Positions 56,849 through 64,000 of a DNA stretch of 64,000 bases are shown here, piece by piece. The notes beneath the pieces are model-generated. The model had not been told where the DNA came from. It saw only the letters and a list, made by a program, of their open reading frames with translations, and searched no databases. The position numbers and the translations under genes are program-made. The number at the start of each line of letters is the position of its first letter. Within the stretch, counting starts at the first letter, position 1. The stretch covers positions 290,565-354,564 of the forward strand of contig JACPAK010000001.1 in assembly GCA_016180845.1 (NCBI GenBank). Reading direction: 5' to 3'. This stretch comes from Deltaproteobacteria bacterium. Lineage in GTDB: Bacteria > UBA10199 > JACPAL01.

Positions 56849-57694
56849 ATGAAACCCATACAAACCATCGGCGTCATCGGCTCCGGACAGATGGGTTCCG
56901 GAATCGCCCAGGTCGCAGCCCAAGCCGGCTACAAAGTCGTACTTGTTGATCTGAAGGAGGAATTTCTCAAAAAAGCGATTTCAGTCATCGATAAGTCGCT
57001 CGCCAAACTCGCCGAGAAAGGAAAGATCCAGGATATCCCGGCGATCAAAGAGAGGATTCGAACCTCGACTCAAACAAAAGACCTCGCAAACTGTGATTTT
57101 ATCGTCGAGGCGATCACCGAAAATGAACCAATTAAATTCAAAACCTTTGAGGAGCTTGACCGGATTTGCAAGCCGGAGACCTTTTTTGCCACAAACACCT
57201 CGTCGATCTCGATCACGCGAATCGCCGGAAAGACCAAAAGGCCAGAACGGATCATCGGGATGCACTTCATGAATCCTGTCCCGATGATGGAGCTCGTGGA
57301 GATTATCCGTGGTCTTCAGACCTCCGACGAAACCTATGCCATCACGAAGGCGCTTGCCGAGAAGATGGGGAAGATCAGTGTTCTGTCAAAAGACTCTGCC
57401 GGATTTATCGTCAACCGGATCCTCGTCCCGATGATCAACGAAGCGATCTATGCCCTTTATCAAGGGATCGGCACCGCCGAGGATATCGACAAGGCGATGA
57501 AGCTCGGCACCCATCAGCCGATGGGACCCCTGACCCTCGCCGATTTTGTCGGACTCGATACGATCCTTTGGGTCCTCGAGGTCTTCCACGAATCATTCGG
57601 TGACAAATTCAAGCCGTGCCCCCTTCTCAAGCAGTACGTCGATGCGGGGTGGCTAGGGAGAAAGACCGGAAGAGGGTTCTACACGTACTCGTAA
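56849..57694 (+). CDS. hbd: 3-hydroxybutyryl-CoA / 3-hydroxyacyl-CoA dehydrogenase
   Basis: IGVIGSGQMGSGIAQV Rossmann, HFMNPVP, C-terminal dimerisation domain. Confidence 0.85.
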   Translation: MKPIQTIGVIGSGQMGSGIAQVAAQAGYKVVLVDLKEEFLKKAISVIDKSLAKLAEKGKIQDIPAIKERIRTSTQTKDLANCDFIVEAITENEPIKFKTFEELDRICKPETFFATNTSSISITRIAGKTKRPERIIGMHFMNPVPMMELVEIIRGLQTSDETYAITKALAEKMGKISVLSKDSAGFIVNRILVPMINEAIYALYQGIGTAEDIDKAMKLGTHQPMGPLTLADFVGLDTILWVLEVFHESFGDKFKPCPLLKQYVDAGWLGRKTGRGFYTYS

Positions 57695-57695
57695 T

Positions 57696-58316
57696 ATGCC
57701 AAAGAAACCCCGCGTCGCGATTGCCATCCCCCTCGCCTCACCAATGATCTATTGGCAGACGGTCGCGGCGATCCTCGAGATGGAAAAGCCGAGGGGTTCC
57801 GAACTCATGGTCTTTCAGGGGGCGCTTGTCGATCGCGCACGAAATCACTTGGTCGAACAGATGCTCTCTCACGCGAACCAATTCACCCACCTCTTTTTTC
57901 TCGACGCTGACATCGCGCCTCGCCCAGACGCCCTCGCCCAGCTTTTATCAAGAAATCTCCCGATCGTGAGCGGCCTCTACCGGAAAAGGACACCACCCCA
58001 CGAACCAATGGCCTTTATCAAAGCAAAAAAAGGTTTTATCCCAATCTCGGAAAGAGGCCCAGCCCTTCAGGAGGTCGATCGGGTCGGTGGAGGTTGTCTT
58101 TTGATCCGACGAGATGTTTTTCGAAAAATGAAACCCCCCTGGTTTGTCAATGGATGGACAAAAAAGGGACACGTCAGTGAGGATTTTTATTTTTGCGACA
58201 AGGCACACGCTTGTGGATATAAGATTTTTCTTGATCGAGAAACGAGGCCGCTTCATCTTCAGCCGGTAGGGATTGGAACATCGCCAGAGGGAAAGATGAT
58301 TTATGAACCGTTCTAA
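57696..58316 (+). CDS. putative GT-A fold glycosyltransferase-like protein
   Basis: FLDADI (DxD-like) and EDFYFC blocks; weak. Confidence 0.35.
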   Translation: MPKKPRVAIAIPLASPMIYWQTVAAILEMEKPRGSELMVFQGALVDRARNHLVEQMLSHANQFTHLFFLDADIAPRPDALAQLLSRNLPIVSGLYRKRTPPHEPMAFIKAKKGFIPISERGPALQEVDRVGGGCLLIRRDVFRKMKPPWFVNGWTKKGHVSEDFYFCDKAHACGYKIFLDRETRPLHLQPVGIGTSPEGKMIYEPF

Positions 58317-59715
58317 TTCACCAAAGACTCTCTTCGAAAAGATCTGGGACTCCCACGTCGTTTGCGAAACCGATAGCAATACCCTTCTTTATATTGACCG
58401 GCACCTGATCCATGAGGTGACAAGCCCACAGGCATTCGAGGGGCTCCGACTGGCGAGGCGAAAGGTCCGTCGTCCGGATCTGACCTTCGCCACGATGGAC
58501 CACAACGTCCCGACGGTCGATCGACTCTCGATCAAAGATGAAATCTCACGAGCCCAGATCGAGGCGCTCACCAAAAACTGTCGGGAATTTGGGATCACCC
58601 TTTTTGATCTGAGCAGCGAGTCGCAGGGAATTGTTCATATCATCGGTCCTGAGCTTGGGCTAACCCTACCCGGCACAACGATTGTCTGTGGCGACAGCCA
58701 CACCTCGACCCATGGGGCCTTCGGGACACTCGCCTTTGGGATCGGGACGAGTGAGGTCGAACATGTCCTAGCCACCCAATGCCTTGCTCAAAAAAGACCA
58801 AAGACGTTCCGGGTTGAGTTTGTCGGTAAGCTCTCCACTGGCGTCACGCCGAAGGACTTGATTCTCAAGCTGATCGGAACCATCGGCACCGCTGGGGCGA
58901 CCGGATATGTCCTCGAGTACTGTGGTGCGGTCATCCGTTCTCTCACGATGGAAAACCGGATGACGATCTGTAATATGAGTATCGAGGCCGGGGCCCGTGC
59001 CGGGATGATCGCCCCGGATGAAACGACTTTTGAGTATATCGCCAAGGGAGACCGTCCTTATGTCCCGAAGGGGAAAAAATTCGATGAGTCTGTAAAGATT
59101 TGGCAACAATTGCCGACCGATCCGGAGGCGAGGTTTGACCGATCAATCACGATTCCGATCGATGAACTCGCCCCCCAGGTCACCTGGGGGACCAATCCGG
59201 GGATGGTGACCGATGTGACCTCTGTCGTCCCCGATCCGTCTAAAGTCGCTGGTCTTTCCAAAAAAGACGCCGAGCGCGCGCTCGACTATATGGGACTAAA
59301 ACCCGGGACGCCGATCACGCAAATCCCGATCGACGTCGTTTTTATCGGAAGCTGTACCAACGCCCGGATCGAGGACCTCCGTGTCGCTGCAAAGATCTTG
59401 AAGGGCCGGAAGGTCTCTCCAAAGGTGAAGGTCCTCATCGTCCCAGGATCTCAACAGGTCAAAAAACAGGCGGAATCGGAGGGGCTTCACAAAATCTTCC
59501 TCGACGCAGGGGCGGAATGGCGGGAGTCGGGATGTAGCATGTGTTTAGGAATGAACCCCGATCAACTAAAAGAGGGAGAACGATCTGCCTCCACCTCGAA
59601 TCGAAATTTTGAGGGACGCCAAGGGAAGGGGGGTCGAACCCATCTCGTGAGTCCCGAAATGGCCGCAGCAGCCGCGGTGGAGGGGCATTTTGTGGATGTG
59701 AGGAGATGGAAGTGA
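58303..59715 (+). CDS. leuC: 3-isopropylmalate dehydratase large subunit
   Basis: Aconitase-family blocks with three FeS Cys (CGDSHT, GSCTN, SMCLG), LeuC N-terminus [11 protein letters not shown]. Confidence 0.9.
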   Translation: MNRSNSPKTLFEKIWDSHVVCETDSNTLLYIDRHLIHEVTSPQAFEGLRLARRKVRRPDLTFATMDHNVPTVDRLSIKDEISRAQIEALTKNCREFGITLFDLSSESQGIVHIIGPELGLTLPGTTIVCGDSHTSTHGAFGTLAFGIGTSEVEHVLATQCLAQKRPKTFRVEFVGKLSTGVTPKDLILKLIGTIGTAGATGYVLEYCGAVIRSLTMENRMTICNMSIEAGARAGMIAPDETTFEYIAKGDRPYVPKGKKFDESVKIWQQLPTDPEARFDRSITIPIDELAPQVTWGTNPGMVTDVTSVVPDPSKVAGLSKKDAERALDYMGLKPGTPITQIPIDVVFIGSCTNARIEDLRVAAKILKGRKVSPKVKVLIVPGSQQVKKQAESEGLHKIFLDAGAEWRESGCSMCLGMNPDQLKEGERSASTSNRNFEGRQGKGGRTHLVSPEMAAAAAVEGHFVDVRRWK

Positions 59716-60332
59716 AATCCTTTAAATCACATCGCGGACTGATCGCCACACTCGATCGTACCAATGTCGACACCGATCAGATTATTCCGAAGCAATTTTT
59801 GAAGTCGATCCAGAAGACCGGATACGGCGAAAATCTTTTCTTTGATTGGCGTTATCTTCCGGACGGAAAACCAAACCCGCAGTTCGAACTGAACCAACCT
59901 CGATTTAAAAACGCCTCGATCCTCATGACCCGAAACAACTTCGGTTGTGGCTCGTCACGAGAACATGCGGTCTGGGCTGTGGTCCAGTACGGATTCAAGG
60001 TCGTCATCGCCCCAAGGAAGGGGGAGATCCCCGCATTCGCAGACATCTTCCATAACAACAGCATCAAAAACGGTCTCCTGAATGTCCAACTGAAGGAAGA
60101 AGAGGTGGAGGAGATCTTTCAGATGGTCGAACGTTATGTAGGACTGGAGGCGACTGTGAATCTCGAAGAACAGAGGGTCACACTCCATCTGCCGGAAGAG
60201 ATCTCGTTTCACTTCGAGATTGACCGGTCTGTCAAAGAACACCTGATTCGTGGACTCGACGAGATCGGACTCTCCCTTCGACATGAAAAGGAGATTGCCA
60301 CATTTGAAAAAAAACATAACCCGCAAATCTGA
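59706..60332 (+). CDS. leuD: 3-isopropylmalate dehydratase small subunit
   Basis: LeuD swivel-domain blocks ([26 protein letters not shown]). Confidence 0.9.
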   Translation: MEVKSFKSHRGLIATLDRTNVDTDQIIPKQFLKSIQKTGYGENLFFDWRYLPDGKPNPQFELNQPRFKNASILMTRNNFGCGSSREHAVWAVVQYGFKVVIAPRKGEIPAFADIFHNNSIKNGLLNVQLKEEEVEEIFQMVERYVGLEATVNLEEQRVTLHLPEEISFHFEIDRSVKEHLIRGLDEIGLSLRHEKEIATFEKKHNPQI

Positions 60333-60431
60333 AGAACCACCTGCCTTTGATCCGAATCATCAAAGATATTCTGACCAGCCGCTCCCATCGTATCGATTTA
60401 TTCCGGGGATTACACTGCATCCACATTTGAA

Positions 60432-60470
60432 AAATCCCCCCCAGCCCCCCTTTGTTAAAGTGGGGGGGGT
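60432..60470 (+). promoter_or_regulatory. G/C-clamp hairpin C6-TTTGTTAAAGT-G8 upstream of DUF309 gene
   Basis: AAATCCCCCCCAGCCCCCCTTTGTTAAAGTGGGGGGGGTAAATGATG; same loop and TAAATGAT tail as 32957..32990. Confidence 0.5.
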
Positions 60471-60927
60471 AAATGATGAAACCTCTGAAAAAGACCCAGA
60501 TGCGAGGCGGCTGAGGAGGCGCGACGCAGGCGTACTTACGCTGGTACGTCGAGGAGCGACCGACGAAGACAACGAAGCAGATGGACTTTTGCAGAGGTTT
60601 CTCTATGGAATCGATCTCTTCAATTTTAACTACTGGTGGGAGGCCCACGAGGCGTGGGAGACAGTTTGGAAAACAACGGAAAAAACAGACGAGGCAGGCC
60701 GTTTTCTGCAAGGCCTGATCCAAATCTCCGCCGGGATGATCAAGTGGTGGGTTGGAAACTCTAGCGGGATGAAGAAATTATTCAAAGAGGGGCTTGAGAA
60801 ACTACAGACCGTTTCGACACAAAACTTGATGGGACTTGATCTCAGGAGTCAGATCGCCAAGATCCAACAATTTGAAGAAAATCCTTCCCCAGAAGACTAC
60901 CCCTTCCTGAAATTAACAAGAAAATGA
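60460..60927 (+). CDS. DUF309-domain protein (start uncertain)
   Basis: LFNFNYWWEAHEAWETVW DUF309 core; ORF-track start 60250 overlaps leuD and spans the hairpin, so a later GTG or other start is more likely. Confidence 0.45.
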   Translation: MGGVNDETSEKDPDARRLRRRDAGVLTLVRRGATDEDNEADGLLQRFLYGIDLFNFNYWWEAHEAWETVWKTTEKTDEAGRFLQGLIQISAGMIKWWVGNSSGMKKLFKEGLEKLQTVSTQNLMGLDLRSQIAKIQQFEENPSPEDYPFLKLTRK

Positions 60928-61319
60928 TCTCTCTGGAAAAACAAAAACAGCTTTCGGAAAAAATGGCGGCGCTCGGGATCCGGGAATCCGATATCGAGGA
61001 ACATTTTGTTCGCGGCACCGGTGCAGGGGGGCAGAAAATCAACAAGACATCGAGCACGGTCCTCCTCATCCATCACCCCACATCTCTCCAAATCCGTTGC
61101 CAATCTTCACGAAGTCAGGCCGATAACCGATTCCTCGCCAGACGCCTCCTTGTGGACAAGATTGAGGCACTTATCCTCGGCAAACAGAGTGAAGAGCGAA
61201 AAAGGATCGAGAAGATCCGTCGTCAGAAGAGAAAACGATCGAAGCGGGCGAAGGAAAAGATGCTGAAAGAAAAACACCGACGGTCGAAAATCTTGGCCCA
61301 GCGAAAAATTGAATTTTAA
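60924..61319 (+). CDS. arfB: alternative ribosome-rescue factor ArfB (peptidyl-tRNA hydrolase, GGQ)
   Basis: GTGAGGQKINKTSS GGQ motif plus Lys/Arg-rich C-terminal tail; about 130 aa. Confidence 0.75.
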   Translation: MISLEKQKQLSEKMAALGIRESDIEEHFVRGTGAGGQKINKTSSTVLLIHHPTSLQIRCQSSRSQADNRFLARRLLVDKIEALILGKQSEERKRIEKIRRQKRKRSKRAKEKMLKEKHRRSKILAQRKIEF

Positions 61320-61329
61320 CGGAAGATGG

Positions 61330-62013
61330 CTAGCCGCACTTCTCTTTCGGGATATCACAGGCATCACAAAGCTCCTGCTCCATCTCCGCTTCAGTCATGC
61401 TGTCGTCAATCTCAACCCCTTCGAAGGTACAAGAGGCAGATCCACCGGTACATGTCCCACTGATCGCGCCATCAAACTTCATCACCGTTTTGGCAAGGGT
61501 CCCTGAGAAGGTCACTTTAAAATTATCGGTAGAAAGTGACGTGCATCGAGAGGTGCTCCCACTCATTGTTACCGTCAATGAACCGCTTATTTTGGTCTTT
61601 GACGAATCCTTTGCATCAACATCAACCGTCAAATCACCCGCTGTGGTGACTGTCCCTGTCAGTTTGTCCTCTCCACATTCGGTCGCCGTCCCGGTCATCG
61701 TAAAACTCGATGTGATCTTCTCTCCTTCAGTTGCGCTGACGGTTGAATCAGCGGTGTATGCCATCGTACCGCCCCCTGTGCAATCGATCGAACCAGATGC
61801 GGCGTCTTTCGTCAGCGAAAGGACGTCGACAACAAGCGAGCTCGTCGAATCAGAACTTCCCCCTGCGGCACTTGACGTAGAGGCCGAGGCCCCTGTCAAC
61901 TCCGCCCTATCCTCTACCTCTCCCGTTCCACTACCACCTCCTCCTCCACCACAGGCAGTGAGAGTTAGGCCCACAAGAAGCATGACAAAATAGAATCTAT
62001 TTCTTCTTTTCAT
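61330..62013 (-). CDS. Ser/Thr/Gly-rich lipoprotein
   Basis: Lipobox LTLTACGG followed by Gly run; AAGGAG RBS. Confidence 0.4.
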   Translation of the reverse strand: MKRRNRFYFVMLLVGLTLTACGGGGGGSGTGEVEDRAELTGASASTSSAAGGSSDSTSSLVVDVLSLTKDAASGSIDCTGGGTMAYTADSTVSATEGEKITSSFTMTGTATECGEDKLTGTVTTAGDLTVDVDAKDSSKTKISGSLTVTMSGSTSRCTSLSTDNFKVTFSGTLAKTVMKFDGAISGTCTGGSASCTFEGVEIDDSMTEAEMEQELCDACDIPKEKCG

Positions 62014-62156
62014 TTTTTTCTCCTTTTGAATAACCCCTCTTTTAAATCGAGGCCGAACGGTATCGAATCTGAAAGCCCAAAATCAAGCAGAAAGATCAAG
62101 ACCTCATTTTTCACGAACCTTTTTGGCGATCGCTCGATAAGCTGTTCGTAATCGAG

Positions 62157-63194
62157 GTGCTCTTGAGACGACTCACTGCGTTAGCAAGATCAGGTGTTTC
62201 TCTCATTCATCATACCGGCCTCCCGGCCGCTGCCGAAAAAGTTGTCGGTCGGGTTGTTGGAGGGGTAGCAGATGTCGTCGTGAGTGGTTATGAAAGCTCT
62301 GCCGCTCAACGTCTTGGCAGTGGATTCTCACCAACTCTCCCCTCAGGGGCCCGAAGCGTTCTCCTGCTGCGCTGTCTTGGACATCTCCAGTATGCACCCC
62401 GTTTCATTGAAACGCTCGAGAGGGGCGGGCTGAGGGGCCAAACTGTCTTTTTCTCTCCTGAGGCGGAAAGGAGACGCCTCCTCGCGTTGAAAAGAACAAT
62501 TGCCGAGACATTCGAAAGCCTGATTGTCCATCCCCCCGAAAATCCGGCAGCGATCGTCGGATCTTCACTGGGGGCAGTCGTGAGTGTTTTTGTCGCCGCA
62601 CCGGCAAAGTTCCCTGCTCTCAGACGTGAGTTAACTATCCGAAGACTCGATCGTCTGTTCCCTCCAACGCCTCATCGAAATGTCCATGCGCTTCATGAAT
62701 TGGCGGAACGTCTGGAAGGTGTTCGTGTGATGCCGATGGGAGGTCCATTGAATGAGGTCGAACTGACCGCCTTCGGTCAACAGGGGATCGGTGGCATCGA
62801 AATGGTCCTGCCGGGAACGCTGAGGTGGTTAAGAAAGGGGTATCTCAACGGGATCGGTGACAAACCCGGGTTATATCAAGAGATCGGTTTACGTCCTGAG
62901 GATTTCGAGACGATTGTTGACTACTTGCTTATTGGCGGTGCCCAGACCTGGGGGCTCCATGGGGGAGGCCCTCGTTCTTTGGTGGCAAACGCCTTTATGC
63001 AAGGAGGGACACGGCTTGTCTCGAGACTTGCGGTCAGACGCACACCCGGCGAACTTTACGATGGCGTCGTCGGTCATCGGTCGGCCCTTCTTCCGTTAGG
63101 ACCCGGTCGCGTGATCGTCTTTCCACGCCGGAATCATATCGACATGATGGAGGCGGAGGAGGTGGCACAGGTTATTGTGGACCTTCTGAGTTAG
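62157..63194 (+). CDS. hypothetical protein
   Basis: 345-aa ORF, no confident motif. Confidence 0.3.
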   Translation: MLLRRLTALARSGVSLIHHTGLPAAAEKVVGRVVGGVADVVVSGYESSAAQRLGSGFSPTLPSGARSVLLLRCLGHLQYAPRFIETLERGGLRGQTVFFSPEAERRRLLALKRTIAETFESLIVHPPENPAAIVGSSLGAVVSVFVAAPAKFPALRRELTIRRLDRLFPPTPHRNVHALHELAERLEGVRVMPMGGPLNEVELTAFGQQGIGGIEMVLPGTLRWLRKGYLNGIGDKPGLYQEIGLRPEDFETIVDYLLIGGAQTWGLHGGGPRSLVANAFMQGGTRLVSRLAVRRTPGELYDGVVGHRSALLPLGPGRVIVFPRRNHIDMMEAEEVAQVIVDLLS

Positions 63195-63196
63195 AA

Positions 63197-63943
63197 TTAC
63201 CCCAGGCTTCTTCTGACCTTGGCTGCATGCAAGATCTCTTCGGTTATCTCCCCTTTTCCCTCTTGCCAAAGATGATAAATATTTGACGTCAGGTTTCGGT
63301 GGATAAAATGTTCTGTTTTTTGAGGGCCAATCCTCTTCCCCAGGTAATCTTCGATTGCGAGGACATCCTCCCGAATCTCACTCCAGCCAGGATTCCCTCG
63401 GGCAAGGAATTTGAGATTCTCCCAGTTTAGATAATTCCCAACATTTTCGAGATCATTCTGAAAGGTCGGCAGGAATCTCTCTAATAATTTCTCCTGACGA
63501 TTCCGAATAACAGCGCGAAGAGCCCGGCCAGTCCCGATGAGACTTGGTGGGATACCAATCGAAGCGAGGGCGGCGACAAAGGCGATCGCACGCGGCATTT
63601 TTGTCTTATCCCTTCCAACCTTGCGAGAGTATCCGAAATGACCGGTGTGAGGAATCCTCTCCCGATGCGAAGGAACAAAACGAGCGATCTGGTTGATCAC
63701 AGGGGCGAGGCGGGTCACCACTGGTCGATAAAATGAGGCGAAGTGTTCCGCCAGAATGGTGAGTTCCCGAATCTCGCGATCATTGAATCGAACAGCCCTC
63801 TTCTTCGGAAGTTCGCGATGGAGGCGCCGAATCGCATTTTTGACCTGAGGGAGGGGGTAATCATACCGAAAGGCTGACTGAATCGTAACGGTTCGAACCC
63901 CGGAATAATTTTTGAAAAAATCGTCGATCGTGGTTGGCGACAA
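63197..63943 (-). CDS. hypothetical protein (N-terminus may continue beyond a frame change toward window end)
   Basis: 248-aa ORF; adjacent different-frame ORF 63715..63999 reaches the window edge, possible frameshift. Confidence 0.3.
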   Translation of the reverse strand: MSPTTIDDFFKNYSGVRTVTIQSAFRYDYPLPQVKNAIRRLHRELPKKRAVRFNDREIRELTILAEHFASFYRPVVTRLAPVINQIARFVPSHRERIPHTGHFGYSRKVGRDKTKMPRAIAFVAALASIGIPPSLIGTGRALRAVIRNRQEKLLERFLPTFQNDLENVGNYLNWENLKFLARGNPGWSEIREDVLAIEDYLGKRIGPQKTEHFIHRNLTSNIYHLWQEGKGEITEEILHAAKVRRSLG

Positions 63944-64000
63944 ACCACCCCGAAACGGCAGCGATCCGACACCAATAATCGGATAGACACGGATTCCACT

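Noticed and set aside
60250-60459. ORF-track N-terminal extension of the DUF309 gene through the leuD 3' end and the G/C hairpin
   Set aside because: The extension translates the hairpin (PPQPPFVKVGG), exactly as the rejected NUDIX extension translates its hairpin (PPLPPFVKGG). The hairpin is clearly intergenic in the NUDIX case, so the DUF309 gene most likely starts after it.
1-64000. CRISPR array search (regular direct repeats of 24-48 bp with unique spacers)
   Set aside because: No regularly spaced direct repeats were seen anywhere in the window. The only repeat family is the dispersed 30-bp palindrome, which is not arrayed.

Overview
64-kb chromosomal window from a diderm (Gram-negative-type) bacterium. 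Outer-membrane evidence: a TonB-dependent receptor, several beta-barrel OMPs and many lipoproteins. GC is roughly 50% by eye. Gene density is high on both strands and no rRNA or CRISPR array is present. Most genes are housekeeping or metabolic: partial class-A PBP, archease-RtcB, fumC, ggt, aceE, leuCD, hbd, endonuclease III, FKBP, NUDIX, cardiolipin synthase, an amino-acid ABC transporter with crcB/DUF190 appended, arfB, and one tRNA-Glu(CUC). Accessory or unusual content: (1) a minus-strand operon of three lipoproteins plus a TonB-dependent receptor, with a third paralogous lipoprotein elsewhere and a TonB gene nearby; (2) a family of about 30-bp palindromic REP-like repeats, at least 7 copies, two of which bracket a vapBC toxin-antitoxin pair; (3) a 215-bp MITE-like long imperfect palindrome with CAATAA flanks, next to an unannotated 28-aa highly basic ORF; (4) a translationally coupled HTH-nucleotidyltransferase pair plus a second divergent NTase paralog; (5) a glutamine-synthetase-like / Fe-ADH / ALDH cluster suggesting gamma-glutamylation-type amine catabolism; (6) a perfect 25-bp palindromic operator in the promoter of a DUF4143 AAA ATPase; (7) two G/C-clamp hairpins with identical loops that sequester ribosome-binding sites. 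Coordinates read by hand from the sequence may be off by one or two nt. Starts refined from the ORF track are arithmetic and in frame.
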